A program made the position numbers and the translations under genes. A stretch of 64,000 bases of DNA from Alphaproteobacteria bacterium (GTDB taxonomy: Bacteria; Pseudomonadota; Alphaproteobacteria; Micropepsales; Micropepsaceae): the NCBI GenBank assembly GCA_016792785.1, contig JAEUML010000130.1, positions 1,366-65,365 of the forward strand, given 5' to 3'. Shown here piece by piece: positions 54,477-64,000 of this stretch; the first letter of the stretch is position 1; every line of letters starts with the position of its first letter. Below the pieces are notes generated by a model. The model ran no database searches, had not been told where the DNA came from, and was given only the letters and a program-made list of their open reading frames with translations.

Positions 54477-55881
54477 CGGCCTGAGCCTCCTCCACCGCCG
54501 GGAACGTGATGGTGGCGAGCAAGCCGGGCTTGGCGTCCGCGAGGTCGATCACCGCATCGTGCATGCGTGCGACGGCGGCGACGAGGCTCAGACCCAAACC
54601 CGAACCCGGCGTGTTGCGCGAACGCTCCAAACGCACGAAGCGGTCGAGCACGCGCTCGCGGTCGGCTTCCGGAATACCGGGTCCGGTGTCGCGCACCGAG
54701 AACGTCGGACGATCGTTGCGCGGGTTGATACCGGTCGCGACCGTCACCGCGCCGCCCTTCGGCGTGTACTTCAGCGCGTTCTCGACCAGGTTCGCGGCGG
54801 CGCGCGCAAGCAGGCTGCGGTTGCCGCGCACCGTGATGCGCGAGGGCGCGACAAATTTCAGCGTCACGCCGCGGTCTTCGGCCGCCGGTTCGTAGAGATC
54901 GGCGATGTCGTGAATGACCTCGCTCAAGTCCATGAGTTCGAGCGTGTCGCGGTGCGCGCCGGTTTCGGCTTCGGCGATCAGGAGAAGCGAGTTGAACGTT
55001 GAGATCAAACCGTCGGCCTCGACGATCGCGCTTTCGAGCGCCTGCATCTGCTCCTCGCGCGAGCCCTGGCCGATGAGCGCGCCTTCGAGCTTGTTGCGCA
55101 GGCGGTTCAAGGGGGTGCGCAGGTCGTGGGCGATGTTGTCGGCCACCTCGCGCATGCCCATCATCAGGCGTTCGATCTGCTCCAACATCTCGTTCAGGTT
55201 GCCGGCGAGGTCGTCGAGTTCGTCGCGGCTGCCCTGCATCGGGATGCGGCGTGTGAGGTCGCCCGACATGATGTCGCGCGACGTGCGGTTGATCAGTTCC
55301 AGGCGGCGCATGACGTTGCGGCTGATCCATACGCCGCCGACGACGCCGAAGAAACCGGTGATCGCGAGCGACCAGAGCAGCGTCGAGCGGATCGTGCTTT
55401 CGACGGCGTTGACCTCCGTCATGTCACGGCCGACGAGCAACTTGTAGCCGCCGAGAAGTTCCACTCTCGCCGCGCGGGCGGGGCGCACTTCGCTGTCATC
55501 GTCGACGCCGCGGACATAGTTGAAGTTGATCCAACCCGGCGCGGTCTCGACGGCGTTCGGCGGCCAGCCAGGCAAGTTGCCCGCCAGCGGCACGTCGCCC
55601 AACGACAACAGATAGAGGCTGTTGCGGGCGCGGGCGGAACGCTCGACGATGATCGTGCGCAGGCCGCCGATCAGGCGGCGCTTGTATTGTTCGCCGAGGC
55701 CTTGGACTTCGGCACGGATGGTCTCATCGGCCTGCGCCGCCATGAAGCCCGCGGTGCGCCAATAGATGAAGCCCAGCAACAGCAACACGGAGACGGCGAA
55801 GAGGATCAGGTAGGCAAACGCCAGCCTGAACGTCGCAGTTCGGAATACGTCAAGAGGCCGCACGGAGCGAGTATCCGGCAC
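54397..55881 (-). CDS. Two-component sensor histidine kinase (2 TM, HAMP, HisKA, HATPase_c)
   Basis: The TM segments are FRLAFAYLILFAVSVLLLLGFIYW and LLWSLAITGFFGVVGGVWI. The HAMP domain contains SGDLTRRIP. The H-box is VADNIAHDLRTPLNRL, with N/G boxes (NALKYTP, DTGPGIP, GSGLGLSLV). The start is GTG, 32 nt inside the regulator gene. Confidence 0.9.
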   Translation of the reverse strand: MPDTRSVRPLDVFRTATFRLAFAYLILFAVSVLLLLGFIYWRTAGFMAAQADETIRAEVQGLGEQYKRRLIGGLRTIIVERSARARNSLYLLSLGDVPLAGNLPGWPPNAVETAPGWINFNYVRGVDDDSEVRPARAARVELLGGYKLLVGRDMTEVNAVESTIRSTLLWSLAITGFFGVVGGVWISRNVMRRLELINRTSRDIMSGDLTRRIPMQGSRDELDDLAGNLNEMLEQIERLMMGMREVADNIAHDLRTPLNRLRNKLEGALIGQGSREEQMQALESAIVEADGLISTFNSLLLIAEAETGAHRDTLELMDLSEVIHDIADLYEPAAEDRGVTLKFVAPSRITVRGNRSLLARAAANLVENALKYTPKGGAVTVATGINPRNDRPTFSVRDTGPGIPEADRERVLDRFVRLERSRNTPGSGLGLSLVAAVARMHDAVIDLADAKPGLLATITFPAVEEAQAAIAAQPRRALLSPSANRSARQPEKQV

Positions 55882-56527
55882 CTCTGACTGTGTGCAGCAG
55901 AGGTTCCGTGAAGCCCTTGTCGATCTTCGAGCGCAGACGCGAGATGTGCACGTCGATCACGTTCGTTTGCGGATCGAAGTGATACTCCCACACATTCTCG
56001 AGCAGCATCGTGCGGGTCACGACCTGGCCGGCGTGGCGCATCAAATACTCGAGCAGCAGGAACTCGCGCGGTTGAAGATCGATCTTCTGGCCACCGCGGG
56101 TGGCTGTGCGCGACAGGAGATCGAGCTCAAGATCGCCGACGCCGAGGCGGGTGACGACCGTGTCGGCGCCGTTGCGGCGCGCGAGCGCGTCGATGCGGGC
56201 CAAGAGCTCGGAGAAGGCATAGGGTTTCGCGAGATAATCGTCGCCGCCGGCGCGCAAGCCTTTGACGCGGTCGTCGACCTCGCCGAGCGCGCTCAGGAAC
56301 AGAACCGGCGTTTTGCTGCCCTCATCGCGCATGCGGCGGACCATCGAGAGGCCGTCGAGGCGCGGCATCATGCGGTCGACCACGGCCACGTCGTAGTTGC
56401 CGCCCATCGCGAGATGGAGACCGTCTTCGCCGTCACCGGCGTGATCGACGATGTGGCCGCTTTCGCGCAGACCGCGGGTAAGGTAGGCGGCCGCTTCGCG
56501 GTCGTCTTCGACTACGAGAATTCTCAT
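55850..56527 (-). CDS. OmpR/PhoB-family response regulator
   Basis: The receiver domain is MRILVVEDD...DVAVVDRMMPRLDG...LSALGEVDDRVKGLRAGGDDYLAKPY. The winged-helix domain is LDLLSRTATRGGQKIDLQPREFLLLEYLMRHAGQVVTR..L...W. Confidence 0.92.
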   Translation of the reverse strand: MRILVVEDDREAAAYLTRGLRESGHIVDHAGDGEDGLHLAMGGNYDVAVVDRMMPRLDGLSMVRRMRDEGSKTPVLFLSALGEVDDRVKGLRAGGDDYLAKPYAFSELLARIDALARRNGADTVVTRLGVGDLELDLLSRTATRGGQKIDLQPREFLLLEYLMRHAGQVVTRTMLLENVWEYHFDPQTNVIDVHISRLRSKIDKGFTEPLLHTVRGAGYSLRAAS

Positions 56528-56599
56528 GCTGTCTCTCGTCCTCTTCGGGGGATGGAGGGGACGTTGAGGGCGGCCTTCGCCGCCCCCAAGGTACTTGCG

Positions 56600-58228
56600 T
56601 CACTTCTTGATTTCGACGGGAACGTAAACCTTGTTGCCGCGCGCGGTTTCGACGAACAGCAGAACCGACGGGCGCTTCTGCGCCTTGGCGGCGTCGACCG
56701 CCGACTTCACGTCGCCGATCTGGCGCACTTCATCGCCTGCCACCGCGATGATGCGGTCGCCGGGGCGCAGCCCGCGCTCGAACGCGTCGCTGTCGGCGTC
56801 AACGTCGGTGATCAATACGCCCTTCGCCGTCGCTTCGAGTTCGTACTCGCTGCGCACTGCCGGTGTGATCGTCGCAAGGTCGAGGCCAAGCGAGGCGACC
56901 TTCGCGTCGCCGCCGGTGCTGCCCTTGTTGTCGTCCTTGTCGCGGCCGGGACGGTTCGTGGCGACGCGGTCTTCACCCGGACGCTTGGCGATCGTCACAT
57001 TGACGTTCGTTTGACGGTAGTTGCGCCAGAGCGTGAAGTTCGCGGTCTGGCCGACTTGAAGCGCCGCCACCTTGCGCGAGAGATCGCGGTTGTCCTTGAT
57101 CGTCGTGCCGTTCATTTTGAGAACGACGTCGCCCTGCTGCACGCCAGCCTTCTCGGCCGGGCTGCCGTCGACCACGTCAGCGACGATGGCGCCGTTCGTG
57201 TCGGCGAGGCCCAAGGCCTTTGCGGCGTCGTCGCTCAAGCTTTGAATCTGAACGCCGAGCCAGCCGCGCGTGACCGAGCCTGACTTTTTCAGTTCGTCAA
57301 CGACGCGGCGGATCGTGTTCGAGGGGATCGCAAAGCCGATGCCGACGCTGCCGCCCGAGGGCGAGAAGATCGCGGTGTTCATGCCGATGACGCGGCCGGA
57401 CAGATCAAACGTCGGGCCGCCGGAGTTGCCCTGGTTGATCGCGGCATCGATCTGCAGATAGTCCGTGAACTGAGCGCCCGAGACTTCGTCGCGGCCGCGT
57501 GCCGAAACGATGCCGGCGGTCACTGTACCGCCGAGGCCGAACGGGTTGCCGACGGCGAGCACCCAGTCGCCGACGCGGACGCGCGCATCGTCGGCAAAGG
57601 TCACAGCCGGGAGCGCCGCGGGCGCGTCGATCTTGATGAGCGCGATGTCGGTCGGCTCGTCGCGGCCGATCAGTTTCGCCTTGTACTTCTTGCCGTCGGC
57701 CGCGGAGACTTCGATGTCGGTGGCGTTGGCGACGACGTGGTTGTTCGTGACGATATAGCCGGTGCGGTCGATGACGAAGCCCGAGCCTTGAACCTCACCG
57801 CGCGGACGGCGGTCGCGATTGCCCGGGGCGCCGGGACCACCACGGCGGAAGCGCTCGAAGAAGTCGCGCAGGCTCGGCGGAAGCTGTTCGAGATCTTCAT
57901 CGGAAACTTCGGTGTCACGGCTCTGAGTGACTTTTGCCTTCAAGCTAACCACCGCAGGCGACACGCGCTCGACGATGTCGGCGAGGCTGGGAAGCGCGCC
58001 GGTCGACGTGTTCAGCGACACCGGCGGCGCGGCAGTCGCGGGGATCGTTGCAGAGAGCGTCTCACCCTTGCCAGCCGGCGCCTCAGCGATCGCGGCTGGA
58101 CCTCCGCCGCTCCACACGAACCCGGCGACAACGCCACCGGTCACGGCAAGCGCGAGCGCGGCGGCACTGGCGACAAGAACGCCCGTGCGCGGCTTCGAGG
58201 GGACCTCAGACGGCAATTCGGAGGACAT
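56600..58228 (-). CDS. degP: DegP/HtrA (Do-family) periplasmic serine endoprotease with two PDZ domains
   Basis: ATG 58228 is preceded by AAGGAGA. The catalytic blocks are TNNHVV (His), DIALIKI (Asp) and GNSGGP (Ser). Two PDZ regions follow (GWLGVQIQSL..., GVLITDVDADS...). Confidence 0.92.
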   Translation of the reverse strand: MSSELPSEVPSKPRTGVLVASAAALALAVTGGVVAGFVWSGGGPAAIAEAPAGKGETLSATIPATAAPPVSLNTSTGALPSLADIVERVSPAVVSLKAKVTQSRDTEVSDEDLEQLPPSLRDFFERFRRGGPGAPGNRDRRPRGEVQGSGFVIDRTGYIVTNNHVVANATDIEVSAADGKKYKAKLIGRDEPTDIALIKIDAPAALPAVTFADDARVRVGDWVLAVGNPFGLGGTVTAGIVSARGRDEVSGAQFTDYLQIDAAINQGNSGGPTFDLSGRVIGMNTAIFSPSGGSVGIGFAIPSNTIRRVVDELKKSGSVTRGWLGVQIQSLSDDAAKALGLADTNGAIVADVVDGSPAEKAGVQQGDVVLKMNGTTIKDNRDLSRKVAALQVGQTANFTLWRNYRQTNVNVTIAKRPGEDRVATNRPGRDKDDNKGSTGGDAKVASLGLDLATITPAVRSEYELEATAKGVLITDVDADSDAFERGLRPGDRIIAVAGDEVRQIGDVKSAVDAAKAQKRPSVLLFVETARGNKVYVPVEIKK

Positions 58229-58293
58229 CGAACTCTCCTTGGGGAACAAGGGCGCCCCGGCCCATCGCCGGACGCCTCAACGGTTCAGATCAG

Positions 58294-58328
58294 TATATAG
58301 ATTCAGGATCATGTCCTAAATCTGTCCT
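58294..58328 (-). promoter_or_regulatory. Candidate activator-dependent promoter of the degP operon: direct repeat AGGACA-N5-AGGACA followed by TATATA
   Basis: The coding-strand reading is CAGGACAGATTTAGGACATGATCCTGAATCTATATACT. The two hexamers are 11 bp apart centre to centre (plus-strand TGTCCT at 58312-58317 and 58323-58328). The -10-like TATATA starts 12 nt after the second repeat. This is about 65 nt upstream of the degP ATG. Confidence 0.4.
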
Positions 58329-58388
58329 GAAGATTAACTCAGGGTCACGAGGTGGTGAACGCCCGTACCTCAGCCGCGGAAATCGGCG

Positions 58389-58838
58389 CTATTTCGGCTT
58401 GTCGCCCGCGTGCTGCCACAGGCCTTTTTCCTTCAGCGAGCGGGCGACCTCGGGCGGCATGTAGTTTTCATCGTGCTTGGCCAGCACGTTCGCGGCGTCA
58501 AATGTGCCGTCGCCTCGGAACGCGCCGGTGACGACGACGCCCTGGCCCTCGCGGAAGAGGTCCGGCAGGTCCTGGCGATAAACGACGGGTACAACCGCCT
58601 CGCCGTCCGTGACCTTGAAGCGGGTTTCGAGGCCGCCGGGCTTTTCGATGCTGCCCTTTTCGACGAGGCCGCCCAAGTTGATCGTGCGGCCGGGCGGTAC
58701 GGCGCGGGCCTTCGCCTCGCTCGGCGAATAGAAGTAGAGCACGTTGTCGCCAAGCGCGGTGACGAGCAGCACGACCGCGAACGCGGCGACTCCCAGGGCT
58801 CCGACAAGAAACGCCGTGCGGCGTTGGCGGCGGGTCAT
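58389..58838 (-). CDS. ccmE: Cytochrome c maturation haem chaperone CcmE
   Basis: A 149-aa protein with an N-terminal anchor, an OB-fold, and the haem-binding His in the LAKHDENYMPPEV motif. Confidence 0.92.
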   Translation of the reverse strand: MTRRQRRTAFLVGALGVAAFAVVLLVTALGDNVLYFYSPSEAKARAVPPGRTINLGGLVEKGSIEKPGGLETRFKVTDGEAVVPVVYRQDLPDLFREGQGVVVTGAFRGDGTFDAANVLAKHDENYMPPEVARSLKEKGLWQHAGDKPK

Positions 58839-58887
58839 GGGCAGTGACTATAGTGTGCGCGGGATACGCGGCAAGCGACGAGAGGTC

Positions 58888-60101
58888 TCAGCCGCGCCAA
58901 AGCTCCGCAGCAAAGAAACCGTCGGTCTGATCGCGCGCGGGCGTGAGCATAAGGCTTTGTGCGACACGCCAGTCCGGCTTGCGCGCCGCAAACGCGGTCA
59001 CCTGCGCTTCGCCTTCCTGGGAAAGCAGCGAGCAGACGGCGTAGAGGATGCGGCCGGTGGGTTTGGCGAGTTCGGCGGCGCGGTCGAGGAGTTTTGTCTG
59101 CGCGGCGCGGTAGGCGGCGAGGCGGGTTTCGTCGAGCGTCCATTTCGATTCCGGGTTGCGGCGCCAGGTGCCGCTGCCGGAGCAGGGAGCGTCGACGAAG
59201 ACGAGGTCGGCGCCCTCGCCGGCAGCGGCCTTGATCGCGCCACCGTAGGGGTCGCCGACGATCTCGACGATTGTGGCGCCAGCGCGGGCGATGCGTGGCT
59301 CCATGTTTTTCAGGCGCAGAGGTTCGACGTCGCAGGCGAGGATGCGGCCCTTGTTCGCCATGGCTGCGGCGAGCGCCAGCGTCTTGCCGCCCGCGCCGGC
59401 CGCCAAGTCGATTACCGTGTCCCCGGGACGCGCTTGCGCGAACAGGACGGCGCGCTGCGAGGCTTCGTCTTGGACTTCGACGCGGCCTTCTTTGTAGATG
59501 GGGAGCGCGGTCACCTTCGCGTCGGCGTCGGCGACGCGGATCGCGGAGGGCGTGGCGCAGGCGTGCGGCCTCAAGCCCGCCGCTTCGAGTTCACGGATCG
59601 CAGCCTCGCGCGTCGTCTTCAACGTGTTCGCGCGAAGGTCGAGCGGCGCGCGGGTGTTCAACGCTGCCATCTCGCGCGCGAGGTTTTCACCGAACGCGGC
59701 GGCAAGATCGGCGTGCAACCACTTCGGATAGTTCAGCGTGATCCACGGATCGTTTGGCGTGCGCCGTGATTGCAGGCTCGCGCGTTCGACATCGGTGAGC
59801 GGGCCCAGCGCATGGGCGCCGTCGACGCAGAGGGCCGCAATCACGTCAACGTCGAGCGCGTCGGCGACAGCGAGAGAGCCGATGACAAGCGCGCGCGGGC
59901 TTTCGTCCTGTACCGTGAACGCGCATTCGTTGCGGCGGCGGAGGCATATGTACACGCGCTCGGCGATCGCGGCGCGGTCCTTGGAGCCCGCGAAGCGGTG
60001 CGCCTTGCCCCATGCGGCAAGCACGCGGTCGGCCGCGGCCTTGCGCGCGAAGATATCGGCGAGAACTTCCGCCGCCGCGGCGAGGCGTGCGCCGGGGGTC
60101 A

Positions 60102-60102
<1 letters not shown>
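58888..60102 (-). CDS. RsmB/NOP2/Sun-family SAM-dependent RNA (cytosine-C5) methyltransferase
   Basis: The SAM site is DLAAGAGGKT. The catalytic blocks are VDAPCSGSGTWRRNPE and LYAVCSLLSQEGE. The GTG start at 60102 overlaps the guaB stop by 1 nt. The 134 further upstream codons of the track ORF lie inside guaB and are Arg-rich. Confidence 0.8.
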
Positions 60103-61580
<1,478 letters not shown>

Positions 61581-61827
61581 TCAACAAATCACTCGGGAAT
61601 CGAGTTGCGAGGAGCGTGTAGCCGCTCCGGCGGCGGGTGTAAAGCGCGGCAGAGTGACCTGCGTGGGCTTTGCTTTGTTTACCGCGGGTGGCTAGAGGAT
61701 TCGTCGAGTTGTTCCCTGGGTGTCGTGGCCCGCACAAGCGGACCATTCCATGTCCGGGAACGGCACCAAGTCGTGGGTGGTTCGCCTTCGCGAACCATGA
61801 CACCGAGACAGTTGAGGCGGCGGTTCT

Positions 61828-62418
61828 ATGGGTTCCATACACCTTTCTCCCCTTTCCGACCTGGCGCGTGAGTTGGCGCGGGCGGGGGGGGTTCGCGATT
61901 TTGTCGAGACGGGGACGTATGTCGGCGGCGCGCTCGGCTGGGCGTCGCGCGGGTTTGAGCGGGTATGGACGGTCGAGATCAATCCCGAGTTCCAGCGCCA
62001 GGCGCAGGCCAACAATCCGGGCGCTTCGAACATCACTTATCTTCTCGGCGACTCAGCGAGCGAGTTGCCGAAGATCATGGGCGAGCTCAGGGGCCCCGCG
62101 CTCTTCTGGCTCGATGCCCATGCGGGGGCTGGGTATTTCGCGGACCATGACATTTGCCCGCTGGTGGCCGAACTCGAGACTGTGCTCGCCTCGCCTTATG
62201 AGCACTGCATCCTCGTCGACGACGCGCGCGCGTTCCTGGCGCCGCCGCCGCCGCCCTTCGACTACCGCAAGTGGCCGTCGCTGGATCAGATCTTCGCCGC
62301 GGTCGCCAAGCGGCCGGGTTACAATATTGTGACGATCGCCGACGTGCTGATCATTGTACCGGACAAGCACCGGCATCTGGTGGCGCAGTTCTGCTTTGCC
62401 ATCCGGCCGAAAATTTGA
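61828..62418 (+). CDS. Hypothetical protein with class I SAM-methyltransferase-like fold
   Basis: The motif-I-like block is FVETGTYVGGALGWA, and later blocks are ALFWLDAH and ILVDDARAF. No closer family was recognised. It contains a G8 homopolymer at 61884-61891. Confidence 0.55.
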   Translation: MGSIHLSPLSDLARELARAGGVRDFVETGTYVGGALGWASRGFERVWTVEINPEFQRQAQANNPGASNITYLLGDSASELPKIMGELRGPALFWLDAHAGAGYFADHDICPLVAELETVLASPYEHCILVDDARAFLAPPPPPFDYRKWPSLDQIFAAVAKRPGYNIVTIADVLIIVPDKHRHLVAQFCFAIRPKI

Positions 62419-62476
62419 TCCACTTTGCCTGACAAAAAGTCAGGAACCCGCGTTGCACGCGGGCGGTGGAGGAACG

Positions 62477-63040
62477 ATGCGCGGTCTCTTCGCTGCGGCG
62501 GGCGTTGCCGCCGCACTTGCGGTTGGGGCGATTGCCTGGGGCGCGGGCGCTGCGGAGCCGGCGGCGCCCGCCCAGCCGAAGTCGCGCGCCGACTGGCCGA
62601 CCGAGCGCGTGATCGTGATCGGCCGACGCGGAAACGTTCGCGATTGGCTCGCCGGGCACACGCTGCGCGGCTCGGAAGGGTTCGCGGACGGGTCGGCGCC
62701 TTCCGACATTCCCTCACGCAGCGAATATCCGTGGCAGGTCTACTACGGCTACGACGGCAAGATCGAAGCGCGCTTCCGCAAGATCGGCGCGCGCGTGCCG
62801 CATGCGCCAATGGAGGAACTGGACTACGTGGAAACCGGCACGTGGCGCGTGAACGACGAGGGCGATGTGTGCCAGTCGATCAACCGCGTCGGCTGGGGGG
62901 TTGAGCTCTGCTACTACCTCGAGCGCCGCGGCAATCGGGTGGCGATGTACTACACGAGCTGCGGCGCGTTCAACCGCTGCTATCCGGGACGGCTCGGACC
63001 CGAAGGGGAACTGGTGAAGGGCCGCGCGTTTACGCGGTAG
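62477..63040 (+). CDS. Hypothetical exported protein
   Basis: ATG 62477 is preceded by GGTGGAGGAA. The signal peptide is MRGLFAAAGVAAALAVGAIAWGAGA. The mature part has 4 Cys and a GTWRVNDEGDVC block. The longer track ORF start lies inside the upstream gene. Confidence 0.6.
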   Translation: MRGLFAAAGVAAALAVGAIAWGAGAAEPAAPAQPKSRADWPTERVIVIGRRGNVRDWLAGHTLRGSEGFADGSAPSDIPSRSEYPWQVYYGYDGKIEARFRKIGARVPHAPMEELDYVETGTWRVNDEGDVCQSINRVGWGVELCYYLERRGNRVAMYYTSCGAFNRCYPGRLGPEGELVKGRAFTR

Positions 63041-63104
63041 CCCCACGCTTCGGTGTCAGTAACCACGCCTGCTTCTTGCCCGCCGCCTCCCCCGCGCTTA
63101 GAGT

Positions 63105-63138
63105 GGCCGCAACTGGACTCGTGTGCGGCCTTCTCTTC
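63105..63138 (+). terminator. Possible terminator hairpin after the exported-protein gene
   Basis: A 7-bp stem GGCCGCA / TGCGGCC with a 12-nt loop, followed by TTCTCTTC. Confidence 0.35.
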
Positions 63139-63173
63139 GGCGACGCACCGGTCCTCGAAGGTGAGTTTGCCCC

Positions 63174-64000
63174 GTGGCGGAAGGTTCGCGTGGGGCGCAG
63201 CAGGAGGAGCGTGCGGGCGAGCCCGCGCGCGGCGAAGGCCAGAACAAGCCGCCGCAAGGCGCACGGCCGGGACATATCTATGCTGCGCTCGATCTCGGCA
63301 CGAACAATTGCAGGCTTCTGATCGCGAAGCCGGAGCCCGGCGGCTTTCGCGTTCTCGATTCCTTTTCGCGCACGGTGCGGCTCGGCGAGGGCTTGTCGCA
63401 GACGGGCGAACTGTCCGAGGCCGCGATGGTGCGGGCGATAGAGGCGATCCGCATCTGCGCCGCGAAAATGCGGAAACGCGGCGTGACAAGTGCGCGCGCG
63501 ATCGCGACGCAGGCGTGCCGCACGGCTTCGAACGGCGACGCCTTCATCAAGCGCGTGGCGACGGAGACCGGGCTCCATTTCGACATCATTCCGCCGGCTG
63601 AGGAAGCGCGGCTCGCCGCGCGCGGCGTCACGCCCCTGCTCGACCGCGGCGACAAGGGCGCGCTCGTCTTCGACATCGGCGGCGGTTCGACGGAACTCAT
63701 ATGGCTCGACCTGCGCGATCAGGGACGCGTGCCTAGAATCCTGCGCTGGGGCTCGATGGCGCTCGGCGTCGTGACGCTTGCCGAAATGTACACGGGGCGG
63801 CTCGACGAACCGGGCACGTATGAGGCCATGACAGCGGAGGTGAAGCGGCGTCTGCGCGAACTGCCCGGTTTGCCGCCCGCGGGCGTGCATCCGGCGGGCT
63901 CGTTCCACATGTTGGGCACATCCGGAACCGTGACGACGATTGCGGGCATCCATCTTGGCCTCGAACGCTATGAGCGTGCGAAGGTCGACGGAACGTGGCT
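63174..64000 (+). CDS. Ppx/GppA-family phosphatase (exopolyphosphatase / guanosine pentaphosphate phosphohydrolase), 3' end outside window
   Basis: This frame-0 ORF is not in the track because it runs off the window. The only start after the in-frame TGA at 63162 is GTG 63174, preceded by GAAGGTGAG. ASKHA motifs are YAALDLGTNNCRLLIA, FDIGGGSTELIW and GTSGTVTT. Confidence 0.85.
   Translation, partial: MAEGSRGAQQEERAGEPARGEGQNKPPQGARPGHIYAALDLGTNNCRLLIAKPEPGGFRVLDSFSRTVRLGEGLSQTGELSEAAMVRAIEAIRICAAKMRKRGVTSARAIATQACRTASNGDAFIKRVATETGLHFDIIPPAEEARLAARGVTPLLDRGDKGALVFDIGGGSTELIWLDLRDQGRVPRILRWGSMALGVVTLAEMYTGRLDEPGTYEAMTAEVKRRLRELPGLPPAGVHPAGSFHMLGTSGTVTTIAGIHLGLERYERAKVDGTW

Noticed and set aside
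52980-55330. Minus-strand ORFs of 497 aa (52980-54473) and 342 aa (54302-55330).
   Set aside because: The first is antisense to the MFS gene. The second is an out-of-frame same-strand shadow within the kinase gene. Both are Arg/Pro/Asp-rich low-complexity translations (for example RRRGDDRDQERCRERRR), while the accepted frames carry clear TM-helix or kinase motifs.
55892-57283. A 463-aa plus-strand ORF.
   Set aside because: It is antisense to the response-regulator and degP genes, which are unambiguous on the minus strand.
58389-58838. ccmE stands alone between an rRNA methyltransferase gene and degP, without ccmF or ccmH, considered as a possible rearrangement.
   Set aside because: Dispersed ccm genes, including a solitary ccmE, are known in several alphaproteobacteria. 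Nothing in the flanks (no repeats, no gene fragments) suggests a recent event.
63030-63953. A 307-aa minus-strand ORF.
   Set aside because: It is antisense to the Ppx/GppA gene, whose plus-strand frame shows DLGTNNCR and DIGGGSTE. The real gene was missing from the track only because it runs off the window end.

Overview
This is a high-GC, gene-dense chromosomal segment that looks alphaproteobacterial by inference from gene content: a PleC-type kinase core, CcmE, an ECF sigma trio, MtnBDC and GlnE. I call 51 protein-coding genes (two cut by the window edges), one heavily decayed autotransporter pseudogene, seven hairpin terminators, one 18-bp tandem repeat array and one candidate response-regulator box. 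I saw no rRNA, tRNA, CRISPR array, transposase, integrase or phage genes. Many long ORFs in the track are antisense shadow ORFs typical of GC-rich DNA and were rejected. Start codons were refined from the ORF track using Shine-Dalgarno motifs, 4-nt ATGA overlaps and spacing to neighbouring genes.

Main themes:
- Polyamine and methylthioadenosine metabolism is scattered over about 30 kb: a glutamine-synthetase-like ligase, a membrane-anchored PotD-like binding protein, mtnB-mtnD-mtnC, divergent speD/speE, and a binding-protein-less potBCA-like importer.
- Envelope functions: TonB-dependent receptor, OmpA-like protein, autotransporter, an RND pump, LD-carboxypeptidase plus a Mur ligase, and a degP two-component operon followed upstream by ccmE.
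- Housekeeping genes: pepN, glnE, HU, guaB, an RsmB-like methyltransferase and Ppx/GppA.

Most interesting candidates:
1. A 41-aa ORF with 9 Cys (24670-24795) that looks like an unclassified metallothionein. It lies in a five-gene unit bracketed by near-identical hairpins.
2. A translationally coupled operon of two CrtI-like flavoproteins plus a stand-alone GcvT-like folate protein (17575-21708).
3. A small signal-anchored protein made of 18-bp tandem repeats whose N-terminus mirrors that of the adjacent binding protein (12290-12631).
4. A tandemly duplicated autotransporter/AraC module in which one autotransporter copy has lost about 80 percent of its length (30013-36480).
5. A Pho-box-like direct repeat upstream of the degP operon (58312-58328).

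All functional calls rest on motif and family recognition by eye. No database search was possible.
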